NCBI GenBank assembly: GCA_946965045.2
Contig: OX337239.1
Coordinates: forward strand, 186,001-250,000
Direction: 5' to 3'
DNA: 64,000 nt
From: Epithemia pelagica
Lineage: Eukaryota; Protista; Bacillariophyta
Positions within the stretch are counted from its first letter, which is position 1; the number at the start of each line of letters is the position of its first letter. This document shows, in pieces, positions 33,415-45,986 of this stretch. Under the pieces are notes generated by a model. It had not been told where the DNA came from. It did not search any database and saw only the letters and a program-made list of their open reading frames with translations. The position numbers and the translations under genes were made by a program.

Positions 33415-34093
33415 ATTAATGTAGTATGATTTGGGGCGGTTGCAAAAACCGGGTGGTGGTGGGCCTAAATCTTTCTATTAGTTCTCTATTTGTCTATGTT
33501 CATAGTTTATGCTATAGTACATCGGTTAAGCGTTCTGGTCGTGTTCCGCTTTGTAGTCAGTCTTTGCCTGGAATGACAGCGAGCTGCTCAGGATTACCCC
33601 AGCTCCCTGCACGTCTCCAAGTCCCACTTACGATCCCATTCGTATTGTCGCAATCCCATGGAGTGACACGATCACAACAAACAGGGGAACAAGTTGTATT
33701 TGAGGACTATTTTCACTCGTGCATGTCAATCCATCAAGGAGTGCGAATGGGTCCTTACTCCGGAAGGGTCACCTACATGGATGCTGTTGTTACTCCAATC
33801 CACTCGCGTTTTCCTTTCGTCTTGGTCGCTTTCCACATGGATTGCATTGGACACATCTCCATTCCTTGTAGGAGTCTGGGTTACTTGGTAGCACCTCGCC
33901 AAACACCAATCTGTTTGGATGGCAACGTCTATGGCGGTACTGCGGTTTGAATACAAGAAATCATTATATAGTAGATTATGAAGTTTCACTTGATCCCATT
34001 CAAAGAATATATGTTGTGGCACATTTGGTCGTGATAGATGCAAAAGCACTGCGCTCGAAACTTGTGTTGTGCTGTCCATTTCCCACTCCAACC

Positions 34094-34540
34094 TCAGACA
34101 TCCGGACAGCCCTTACTTTTCTTCATGATGGCACTGACCTGGCATATACCAGCATCGACGTTAAAAGCACATGCGCTGAATTCAGCTGCTGCAACCATGT
34201 CCTGTGTGTCATACGGTTCAGTGGCAGCCAGGTCTCGACGCCAGCAACCCCAACAATATATTACGCATTCATAGAGGGAAGAAAACTCATCACACCACGG
34301 ATAGTTATCGCACTCTGTCGAACAAAGTTGTCGTCCCTCTCCTCGTAGCGCCCGACGTCCAGCAGCTTCTTGAGCTTTGATCATGCAGGCCGCAGTGTTG
34401 TTGACGGCTGTTGTGATAGCATCGTGGCAGGCGTCCGACATACCATCCGGAAACTGGACTTCGATTTTGCGAAAACACTCACTGGACAATACGGGTCCGA
34501 CGAGAGAGAAGAACACGAAAAGGAAGGATTTCGAAAACAT
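34094..34540 (-). CDS. Secreted Cys-rich precursor A (148 aa)
   Basis: Signal peptide MFSKSFLFVFFSLVGPVLS; RRALRG..RQL-CSTECDNYPWCDEFSSLYECVIYCWGC-WRRDL. Confidence 0.75.
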   Translation of the reverse strand: MFSKSFLFVFFSLVGPVLSSECFRKIEVQFPDGMSDACHDAITTAVNNTAACMIKAQEAAGRRALRGEGRQLCSTECDNYPWCDEFSSLYECVIYCWGCWRRDLAATEPYDTQDMVAAAEFSACAFNVDAGICQVSAIMKKSKGCPDV

Positions 34541-36726
34541 ACTGTCGTCTTCTTGTTGGAGAAAATACGGTTCAATTCAGGACCAGGAGAGGCGGAAAAG
34601 GACAAGATGGCAAAGGGCTGAGAGAAATAATACTATTGCAGCGCAAAATAGGCAATGCTTGTCGTGTGACACACACGTTGACCAGAAGGGGGAAGGGAGA
34701 GGGGACGAAATCAAGAATTGTGCGTCGAACGAGAGTGGTGTGGTTTTGTGCTGATTGGAGCCGATGGATTGTTTGTGGTCGTTGAGTTGGGCCATTGATT
34801 GGGCAACACAACACTAAAGAGCGATCCCATACGGGCTATACGAAAAACCAAGTCTTGGGCATAGCTTCACGAAACCAGCCGTGACATGTGACCACTATTC
34901 CTCCAACTCCAACCTCCAACTGTTAACTGTCGTGAAAGCTATACGAGTACAGGGTACAGGATACGAGTAGAGGATACAGATTACTCGTACAGATACAGGA
35001 GTCGTCAGTCGTCACTTACTCCTATTGTATAACGTTTGTGTTTGATACTCCTCCTACTGCTGTGGTTCGAGATTCGAGAGTCAAGACTCCCTCTTGCAGC
35101 AAGTCCACCTACCAACTATCAAAGACCAAAGCCCTTGGTCATGAAAGAGTCATGTGTAACGTGCGAGGTTGCAATACGGGTACGAGGTACGAGTACGAGT
35201 AGAGACCCCAACACAAGAGTGCCAGTTGCGCCAAGCTCTAATACCAAGTCCACAAGCCCCAAGTCTCTACCTACCAACCCAAAATCCACAAAACCGACCA
35301 ACATCTCAAAAAATATCACAAAACACAAACCACAAAAAGAAACCAACACAAAACACAACATCAAAAGGATATTTGTTTCATAATATCTCTTTTATCATGA
35401 TCAATGCCAAGCATCCCACCGTCTGATTTTATGACTTTTTAGACGAGGGACCCGAAACAATAACACTGTTGAATGTTGTTTTTATCAACTCGTAACTCGG
35501 AGCCCAACAATAGACGACGAGCCGCCATACGAAAAACATCAAACTATCTTATTGTGACCAGCAACCAAGAATGACTCTGTTTTTATCCGCTCACAACTCG
35601 TTACTCGTCTCTTGTCTCTTGTCTCTTGCTGATGAACAATGAGCTGAAACGGAGAAAGAGGATGGGGGATGGAATTAAAAAGTGGAAAGCAAGGTATTCT
35701 TACCGAATCTTCAGGACGCTTCCTAAGAAAGAGAAAGAGGAGAGGAGAGGCGAGAGGTGAATAGCTTCGCTCTCTAAGAGCTAGAGAACACACAATCATG
35801 GTCCCAGAGATGGAGTAGACATCAAGCCAGCGCAAAGTGATTTCGATGGTTGCAACACCGATCTTCTCTCTCTTCTAGAGGAGTAGGCTACTCCTAGCTA
35901 GGTAGTGGGAGTGGAGCAAGGCGATGTCCTCGAACTAGAGGAGTATCTACCTAGAGGAGAACGAGGTAGATAGGCCGTCACGCCATACTCCTAGGACGCA
36001 TAGCAGATAGAATAGAATAATGATTGTGTGGAACTTGCGCTGGCTAGCTAGGTAGTCTACCAACTCCTGGTATCAGCTGAAACCGCGCAGTGACCCCACC
36101 AACTTGGCAACACTAGGTTTTGGTTGGGTATGTGAGAAAAACGGAATTCAAGTCCACGCGGTTCGTCATTTTTTCCATTCCCGAACATTCCTCCGGTCCC
36201 ATGTATCTGTATCCCTACCCAGCCATGGTTGTCTTTTGCGGGTGCCAGATTTGTCGCGCTATCATCTCCATGTGTGTGAACTACTCGTTGCTTGCTTCTT
36301 TGGCGCTGTCACAAGCTTCGAGACAGAATGCCTTTGGTGGTCGTAACGATTCTTTACAGCCTCTACCGATGGTGTCATATTGAATAGTCCTAGTAGACTC
36401 GTAACTCCGCATCATCTGTTAGAAATTCCACTGCTACAAAGTCGAATATCCCAAACAAAGAAGAGGAGAAACTACAAATCAATGCATTGCCTTTTTTTAA
36501 CACAGACTTAGTACTTTCAATATCTATAACAGCGCTTCGTCGAAGCCAGTTATGAACATGCTCGTTGAGTGATCCCATGAGGCGCGGCATTGTTATTCGC
36601 AACCAAGACTTTTTCGCGTTTCCTTGCGTTCATGATGATCGTTTCATGAACACAAGTCGTTGAGACTCGTCAACGGTTCTTGTTGTTTCCCACAAACCCA
36701 GTGCATCTCAGATCTTACCGAATCCA

Positions 36727-37236
36727 TCAAAGATCATCTCGACAGTTGCATAGGCTGATGGATGTGTGAATGTTTATCTCGACGGCGTGCTCGACATCAT
36801 CCCTCATGTCTTCAAATACATCGGCTGATATCCCCAAGTTTGTTCGGATTGCGTCGTAGATGCACGCCCTGCGCTTGTCGTCCAATTCGGCCACTTCTGT
36901 GAATTCGCAAGTGTCGGTGTTGTCGGTGTTGTCGGTAAGGAGACGGCCGCAACCAATGGGAACACACCACATTTCACAAAACTCTATAGTACTAAAATCA
37001 TCACAATAGAGATCGCAATATTCAGGGCAGCTCAGCATGCGTAGGTTTGATCGACGGCTTGTGCCTTCCTCCAACTTTTTCATGCAGGCGATAGCCTGTG
37101 TGATCACAGGCCATACTATGCCTTGATATTCATCGGGTACGTCACTCTTGGTTACATTGAGTGTGATATGGCATCCAGCCGAAGATTCCCCAAGTTGGAG
37201 AGAGAACAAGGCAACAAGTAATAGTTTTGAAATCAT
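36727..37236 (-). CDS. Secreted Cys-rich precursor B (169 aa), paralog of A
   Basis: Signal peptide MISKLLLVALFSLQLGESSA from ATG 37236; RRSNLRML-SCPEYCDLYCDDFSTIEFCEMWCVPIGC-GRLL. Confidence 0.75.
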   Translation of the reverse strand: MISKLLLVALFSLQLGESSAGCHITLNVTKSDVPDEYQGIVWPVITQAIACMKKLEEGTSRRSNLRMLSCPEYCDLYCDDFSTIEFCEMWCVPIGCGRLLTDNTDNTDTCEFTEVAELDDKRRACIYDAIRTNLGISADVFEDMRDDVEHAVEINIHTSISLCNCRDDL

Positions 37237-40200
37237 GGTCTTTCGGCAAGGGCACACAAGGTTACTGGTTTGAAAACGAATTTTGGGCCAGGTTGCAAAT
37301 ATATGACTGCTGTGGCGCATCCATGTGAAACTGAGCGGGTTGTCCCCCACACGTTGTTGCTCAAATCCTCTCTGATGCTGCAACGAACTAATCGTCCGAA
37401 GCATTGCTCTCCTTCGGTAGACGAGCGAAACGATTCGCCCCAATACCTCCTCGTATTGCCGCCTTTGATAGGCCCCGTGAAGTTTTCCTTTCCCTACAAT
37501 CAATCAATCCCCCTGAAATTGGTTGAGCAATATGACCGGGTAGAATTGCCCTCTTTAACACAATTGTGGACATACCTTATTTTCAATACCTTTCCCAACC
37601 AAATTGCAATGACTTTTGCGATCTGTGGATCAAGCCCGGAAAGAGATTCCACGAGCAGACTCCGACCAGAACTATCCACTTTGTGGATCTTGGAGAACAG
37701 CGAATAGAGAATAGCGCCTCTAGTATTTTTTGTTATGCGTGTTATTGTCATGCGTCTTCTCTCGATACGGACTCCGTAGGGGAGGGGCGAGTGTAGAAGC
37801 CAAAAAAACCTCATCTACTACCTCGTGATCCAAAAGATAGGGAGACCAATGATTTTGAGTCGTTGCCAAGTCCAACGGTACTGCTCGGAAGTAAAGGAGG
37901 ACGCTCCTTCCGGAACAGCACCCTAATAGGTCTCGACCCAACCAGCGTCCGAGATGTGCGGTTGGGGATGGTTCTCATCCTCTCCCATTGCGAATACGGA
38001 ACGTCCAAACTCTACCACGCAGTCAATGGTCGGTCAATGTTGGAGGGATTGCCCTTGTGTCTGTTCATGTTCTTGTTTGTTCCAAGAAGATGTAGTTCAC
38101 ACGCAAGAGAGAGAGAGGCAAAAAAGGCATCCGAAATCCACTGTGTTGTCGCACCAACACTACGAGTAGACTATAGCTCTACGAGGAGAAGGGGCAGGGG
38201 CAGTAACAGAAGAAACCAGGGTTGACACCCAACAAGGTCATTCTCGTTTCTCCGCAAGGATAGCCTCGGTTCGCGACGGTGGAGAGAGGAGGGCCAAGCA
38301 ACACTCACGATATGATGCTAATTCTCTGATTATTTTAGTATTGTTTTGGGGTGTGTTTCATTATTTTGCGAGATGTACGTTTGATCCAGAGTAAAAACCA
38401 CGGTATTCTCTCGACGCTAGCTAGTAGTAGTAGGGCTCAGCATATCAGCATCATCGTCTTGGTTCCATTCCCTCGAGTCTCATTTTGCGGTTCCATGGCG
38501 TTGGGTTGCTGGTTGCGGTTCTTTGGAAAAGACCAACGCCCAACGACGGTTCGGAATAACTGGAGGCTACCATCCTTGCGCATCATTGTGTGTGAAACCG
38601 AACGAACCACGTTCCAAAACCACACCAAACCACAAAACACACCACTACACTCGAACCATTGTCTTGGACAGCAAGGAGAACGTACATCATCGTGCTCTTA
38701 GTCGAACCGAGTGAGAATGGGTACTACCTACCTCTAGGATCCGTACTAGTGAGTCGTTGTAGCAGTAGGAGCAGCAACAAAAGTTGTTTTTGGACCGGGC
38801 CAAACACGCACACACACACGTTCACTCGAGACGGTCCAGTCGGTGCCACCCATTCGCGGTAAGGCCAAGAGGCATACTACGACTACTACCCCCAACAAAC
38901 AAAAGAATCATCCTCCTCCTCCAGCTGGAACCACCACCAACCACCACACGATTCGTTTGACTCGTACAGGTAGGTAGCTCGACCACGAGTACCACTACGT
39001 ACTTTGGCACTACTAGGTAGAACGTGCGAGAGTGACCGGACATGATGAGGGAGTAGCCACATCATTGGATTCGACTGTGTAGGACGAAACGGAGGAGGAC
39101 GCGGTACACACACGCACACACACCAATAAAACGGTGATGAAACAACAAAGGCACCCAACCGAATGGTGACACCCTACCATCATCCTACACACACTCGCAG
39201 CATAGGTAGTCCAACGAAAATCCTCAAGTCTACCGCACCAACGTTTGGTCACTCTCCGTGGACCAGGACATTCGTTGCAGTCGTTCGGTCTGGAGTCGCA
39301 GTGTTTTGTTTCGTCTGGAAGAAGAAGGACTGCTGTAGAAACCAACCAACCACCGTGGACCCCCAAAAGAAGGTTGTGTGTGTAGGAACGGAGCATTGCC
39401 ACCGGAACAAAGAACCACGAACCGTCTTGGAGGATTTCTTCGAGGGGGACCATGCCGCTTCTCCCTACCACCCACCCACAATTCGTGGCTCCTCCTTTTG
39501 TTCGAGGAATCTCTTGCACAGACACACGGGACCGTCGAGCCATTTTCCTCTCTTTGAACGAGAAGAGAGACCATCGGGGTGGGACCCCATTCGGTTGAGT
39601 TGGTTGCTTCTCTTGACGACTTTTGAGTGCGCTGTGAGCATTCGGAACCATACCGGCGACTGGTCTGGTTCCGAGTTTCCACGAGCGCGCCAGATACCCT
39701 TCTTGCTCTCATTCACAGCGAGCACAAATCCGCGACCGAATAAGAATAGTCGATTAGCGATAGGGATACAGTAGGTAGTGTGGGGTCTTTTTGTGTGTTG
39801 GTTGTTGGTGTGTCGTGTTGGCAGCGACAAAAACACAAAGACAGTTCCATCATTGTCGTCCATCCTCGTTGCGTTATTGTCTGTCCCCCTCTCTCTCACG
39901 TCCTTGGTTGGTTTGTTTGGTGGTTCGTTGTGGGCACGGCGGCATCGATCCAAGCATTCGTACCTCCGTCGTGGCTGCCGTCTCGAATAGAGCGAGACGC
40001 TCGTACCTCGGCGGCTCTCCCCCTTTGTTGGAGTGTTCGAACCTCACGACCCGAAAGAGCATCTTACAAGAGAACAAGTGAGAGAAGCACCGAGAGAAAG
40101 GAGGAGAAGGAGGCAACCAGAAAGAGAGAGAGAGAGAGAGAAGCACCAGCTCACCTCTCTTTTATCCTCTCCACGGCAACGAGAAAAAAGACGCAACGAA

Positions 40201-40244
40201 CGAATACTTCTAGGTAGAACTCGACCCACACACCTACAACCAGA

Positions 40245-43200
40245 ATGGCCTTTTTAATTCCAGCCGTAATTGCCTTGGTCTGCGATGGAGCCGTCCTTTC
40301 CTTGCATCGAATGGGGCGTCACCAAGACGACCATGACGATGAGTCGAATCCGGACTCGACCACCACCCAAGGTACGCAAAAACCACAAAAACACGCACCT
40401 TACACAAACGTGTCCATGCTGCTTGGTTGAGAATGGTTTATTGTTGTGGAGGCATTCCCGAACGGATGGGGCTGCCGTATTCGGGGAGTATATGCGACTA
40501 CCTAGAAACCTATTTCTGGTTGTGAGGTTGCCCCAGCAACCGAATAGACAAACTCCATGCGCACCCATCTCATGTTGTGTTTGTGTTTTTGATTTCCTTG
40601 CATTCTTGTTGTTGCCATGATACGGTTGTTGTTGCTGCTGTTATTGTTGTTGTTCTTATTTTGTTTCGGGTTCTCTCGTATTCTATTGTAGTTTATTTTT
40701 GGGTGGGCAATTATTACTTGGTCCCCCTGGCCGTGTGTCGCATGGCCGCCTTGGTGGGTCCCTTCTTGTTTCATTCCTATACGGGCACGGCGGTCCGCTT
40801 TCCCAAACTCTATCAAGCCTTGTATGGCATGACAGCCGTCTTGGTGACCATTCACATGATGGGATTGCTCTTGCTCAACCCACAATCCCTCGAATCCATT
40901 TTACCCCTCGAACTCGTATCTTCGTTCGGGACGTCCAATAACAACAACCATCACGACACGAATGACAATCCAGATTCGCACAATGAGACTACCCTATTGA
41001 CGGTTCGATCCTTGTTGTTTCAACAATCCCCACTGGAGGAGTGGCATTCGTCGTATCAGGATGATCATGCTCATCGTCTCTTGTTGCAGCATTTGCATGC
41101 CCTGCGACGCGTGTGGTGGATGCTCGTCTTTTCGGCGGTATCGACGGCTTGTCATTTGGCAGTGTTAAATCATGTCACGAGTACCGCGCCCTCCTGGCGG
41201 GACGTGCATCCCAAACACCACCGACCACGACAACCCCAATCCGTCTACTTTGCCCTGCGCAGTCGACGGAAACGACACGAACAAGTACTGCAACGACGAC
41301 GCCAACGGCAGCGACAAGCTGCCGCCGCAGCCGGAAGCGATCCGGAAACAGGACATGAGTGGGATCATCCCCTGTCGGACGACTACGACGATGATGAGGA
41401 ATGGGACGATGGCAGTGACAATGATGAGGAAGAACCGGCCTTGGTACATGCCGTCAATGGTACGAGATATTTATATTTCAAACAATTGTGTCATGACTTT
41501 GGAAGAAAAGCCTTCTCACGTACACCATCCATGCGTGTTTATCTTTTGTCGTGGCCCTTGCTTTTTTCGACTCCTTTTCTTTTGTTCTTTTCTTTTTTGT
41601 CCGTGGACGACGTTTGTTATAGAATTCTTGGTGGATGTGCAAGGTCGTTTGCGTCGTGCCAAGCAAGAATGGTCCAAACGGTTGGATGACTTTGCGCGTC
41701 ATCGCATGCCCGAGTCGGCATCCATCTCGGCCGCTGCTGCCGCCACCACGTCGTCGTCCCCGGCTCCCTCGCGATCCCTTTGGAACAACCACAACAACCA
41801 TCATTATTCGCATCACCACAATCATCCTCACAATCCCTTTCGAGTCTTGCTCCAATTGTTTGCCGAACAAGAAGATGTCTTTGACAATGGCTTGTTGTCG
41901 GCCGCCTTTGAATGGGACGAGGGACAATCCCTCACCTTTTTGGTACCACAACTCTTGTCCTTTTTGTTGCATGGAGCCACGACCTCGTCGGAACGATTGG
42001 AAGACTGGATTTTACAGCAGTGTCGCACCAATATTCGGTTTGCCCACAAGTGCTATTGGTTTTTGCGGGCCTGGTGTCTCGAAGTACCCAGTAATGGTGG
42101 CACCGGAGCCAGTGGCAGTAGTGGAGGACCGCAAACCTTTTTGAGCATGTCGCGAGAAAATTCCGGATCGCAATTGAGTGCCCTCGATTCCACCGCCGAA
42201 CTCGAAAGTAGTAGTATGTATCTGGATCAACCGGCCGTGTCAGAACGACCTCCAACGACCACCGGCACTACGACTGTGGATTCCAGTGTCACGTCGCTGT
42301 GTCGACCTTCGGGCGATGCCGCCACGACGACTGCGGCTGCGGCCGCCGCCGCGGACAATGACAAATTCATGCCCCAAGAACGAGCCATGATTGAACGTCT
42401 CATGTTACGGGTCAAGGAATGTGGAGAATCGGCCGTGCGCAGTTTGGAATTCCACAACAATCACAATACTACACTGTCGTCCTGGTCCTCCTCGACAACG
42501 TCTTCTTCTTCTGCTAATACGTCGTTTGGTACGAGACACTTGGTCGAACGGGGTGCCATTCCCATGGATCCCATGACGGGACGGCCCTCCCAACGTCATT
42601 TGGAAAACATGACGGCACCACCGGCGTGGGGGTTTCGACCCCGGACTCGTCCAACCACTACTACGACGGACCACTCCACGGCGTCGGGATCAGGCGATTC
42701 GACGGAACAATTTGACAAGACGCCGCAATTCTTGGACGCTCTCATTTACATTGCCGAGGTCCTCTTTACGGTCCCCCGCGAAACCCGCAAGGACGAATTG
42801 CACAATTTGTTACGACAATTGGAATGTGAATTGTTGCCCGACAATGCCGTCTATGTCCCCGGTCATTCATCCTTGGGACGGGTCTGGCGCGTCGCCGTTC
42901 CCGAATGTATCCCCATTTCCACCAAGGAACGAGTTCCCTGTATCGTGGCCTTGGAAGTCGTGCATTGGCCCACGCAAGATACTACCAGCATTGGGAACAA
43001 CAGTAGAACTGGCAATGGATCTAATACAATAGCCAATGGTGGTGTTGGTGGTGGCGTGACATCTCCTTCGACTCCCGATGGAACCACAACCGAAACGTCG
43101 TCTTCGTGGAGTTTGTTGGATTTTCCCAAACGGTTTTCCCTGTCGGAACGAACCGATAGTGGTGATAGAAGTGGCAGTGGGAGACCCTCCTGGACCGCCG

Positions 43201-45155
43201 AAGCAATCTTGTCCAATCCAGGCTCGTTACGACACATGGTCTCCTCCTCGGATCCAAACCACGGTGCGAGGAGGACTGCCGACGAAACAACAGCAGCAGC
43301 AGGAGATGGTGGTACAACTACCACCACAACAACCGGAACCGCAAGAACCAAGTATCCGAGTCCCAATACGAGTACTCTCATGGACTATTCGACTGCAACC
43401 GCGTCATCCTTGTTCCCTCATCCATTGCGATCAACGTCGGCATCCTCCCCGCACCTTCCTTCTCACAATCATCATCATCACATGTCCGAAGCAGAATTGG
43501 TCCTGGACTGGAGGCATCGTCCTCGAAACCCACTTCGTCTGGTACCCCTCATCAATCGGGTCGGAGAAACCATGAAGGGGACCATGGATCGAGTCAAAAC
43601 GACCATGCAAGAACGATTCAATGATTTGAGGGATCGCGATCATGCCGTCAATGAAGAATTGCAAAGTTTGACGCAAATCCAAGGAACCTCATCGACCATG
43701 AATGATGAGGACGACGATCTGCAAGATGACACCAACCATGACGAAGATATTGGTGTTGGTGGTGGTGTTGGTCTCGACCAGGAGTACAACGTTGGCCTTG
43801 GAGTAATCAATGGGACTCCCCAGTCCCTCGATCCACGCTCGTCGCTCGACAATGCCCGAAGTAGTAACCACCACAATGGTGGTGGAGATCGATTGGCTCC
43901 GCCTCCTCCTCCACCACCCCCTCCACCCATGGGACAATGGTCTTCGCCAGCCATTGGATCGGCGACACACCGCAAACGTGCCCCGTCCGCATCTCCAGCC
44001 AGTTCCACCAGCAGCAGTAATACTACGACTCTTCGACACCGATCCAGCAAACTGGATGGTCACAGCAGTCACAAACGTCGGAAAAGTGCTGGCAATGGCA
44101 TTGCCCTTCCCTATGGATCCGGGGATGACAATGACAAGAGCCGCCGCCATGGTGGTGGTGGTGGGGACGCATCCATGCCGTCGTCGACCAGTGTTGTAAT
44201 GGGAGGACTCGAGACGACGACGACGACAAGTGTAGCGGCTGCCGCTGCCGCGGCCGCCGCATCTTTGAAACCGCCCCCCGTGGTCTTTCGGGAAAGTTGG
44301 CACGTGAAGCAAGAACGCATCCGACAAACTTCGGCCTATGGATCTCATCCTGGATGGCGATTGGCTCCCATTCTCATCAAGGCCAATGACGACTTGAGAC
44401 AAGAAGAATTGGCCTCCCAACTCATTTATCGCATGGCGTCCATTTTGGCCCGGGAAAAAGTGCCCGTGTGGTTGTGTCCCTACGAAATCATTGCCTTGAC
44501 CGATCGAGCCGGACTCATTGAGGCCATTCCCGATACCATTAGCATTGATTCTTTGAAACGGAATGATCCCAACTTTACCAATCTACGTAACTTTTTCATG
44601 GATCATTACGGCGAAGGAACCGAAGAGTTGTCCGATGCCAAGGCCAATTTTGTGGAGAGTCTGGCCGCCTATTCCATGGTGTGTTTCTTGTTGCAAATCA
44701 AGGATCGACACAATGGCAACATTTTGATTGATAGTCGCGGACACGTGATTCACATTGACTTTGGCTTTTTTTTCTTGTCCTCCCCGGGCAAGAATGCCGG
44801 TTTTGAATCGGCCCCCTTCAAGTTGACGCGTGATTTCATGCAAGTCATGGACGGTCCGCACAGTCACTTGTTTCATGTCTTTCGAGAATTGTGCGTCCGA
44901 TCCTTTTTGGCCTTGCGCAAGCATTGTATGGAAATTATTGTCTTGGTGGAAATGATTCAGGCCGGCAATGAACAATTGCCCTGTTTTCGGGGTCGACCGG
45001 ATCGAGCCATTGCCGCCTTGCGCGAACGCTTTCGATTGGATCTCAACGATCGAGCCTGTCGCGAATATGTCCACTCCTTGGTCGATGACAGTATGGAAAA
45101 TTGGCGAACGGACTGGTACGATCGGTATCAAAAGTACTTTGTCGGTGTCTTGTAA
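40245..45155 (+). CDS. PI4KB: Phosphatidylinositol 4-kinase III beta (Pik1-like) with hydrophobic N-terminal region
   Basis: PIK helical region (FLVPQLLSFL..FAHKCYWFL) and catalytic domain (KANDDLRQE, QIKDRHNGNILID, HIDFGF, FESAPFKLT). Intron 41460-41622 joins ORF 40577-41689 in phase; the first exons are tentative. Confidence 0.88.
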
Positions 45156-45986
45156 TACTATAGTCTAGGTAGTTGTAACGTGCCGAGGAGTCGCTGGAAC
45201 GTTTGCCACTGGCATGTATGTGTCTATGTGGATCATCAGGATGCGAATTGCTGGTCATTGCACTGGGATGATGTATACGGAGAGAATACGTCTTCGTGTG
45301 GTTGCTGATTTTGCCTATGGATGATTGCTTCTTTTGGATTGTTTGTAATGCTAGATAGAACTGGTGTTTTGCGGCTGTAGAATCATTTCCCAAGCTACTC
45401 CTAGGAGTATTAGCGAGAGCATAGAGTTTATTCCACCATTGGCGGGATTGGAAGTAGTGGGTAGATCCGAGTCGCTTGTAGATCGCCAAAGAACTTCGTC
45501 TGGCCTTCCGTCGTCTTCTCCGTCTGTCCATATGTGTGCCTCCAGTTTGGGGGAACACACAACAGACGACAAAAAAGAAAACAAGAAAAAAGAGAGACAA
45601 GTGGAACCACATGGACCACCATCTGCACCAAGGAACAGATGCAACTGCACCATTGACAGCAAAGCGAAGAATCCTCCGCCACCGAAAGATTCGGTTGCTT
45701 TCCATACGGCAACAAAGAAGCAACGAAGCAGCCCCACTCCTCTGCGAGCTAACCGCTTAGGAGTCACACTCTCGTATAGACAGTAAATTAATTATCAGAA
45801 AAGCAGCCAGTTGGTACACTCCGACACACAAGACCAGATCCCATCGACGAGCGATATCGATATCTTCCGATCCATCGCTCTCCAGTTATAAAACACTCGA
45901 CGGCCATTTCGTTTCGTCGTCGTCTTGTTCTTCTTCTTCTTTTCTTCGTTGTTTGCTTCTTGTTCGATCCTCGATTCATCATTATC

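Larger units (their letters stand above)
30420..33660. mobile_element. PIF/Harbinger-type (PHIS group) two-gene DNA transposon; exact ends not defined
   Basis: Divergent transposase and accessory genes bracketed by imperfect about 100 bp inverted repeats (about 30440-30540 and 33525-33630; core AGCGAxCTGCTCAGGATTACCCCAxCTCCC). Confidence 0.7.

Noticed and set aside
35879-35901. Helitron 3' end (AGGAGTAG-g-CTACTCCT hairpin followed by CTAG)
   Set aside because: Spacing to CTAG is too short, no matching 5' TC end or RepHel gene, and the region is rich in TAG/CTA words.
37500-40200. Short ORFs in the 37.5-40.2 kb interval
   Set aside because: Low-complexity or overlapping short frames without recognisable domains; treated as intergenic.
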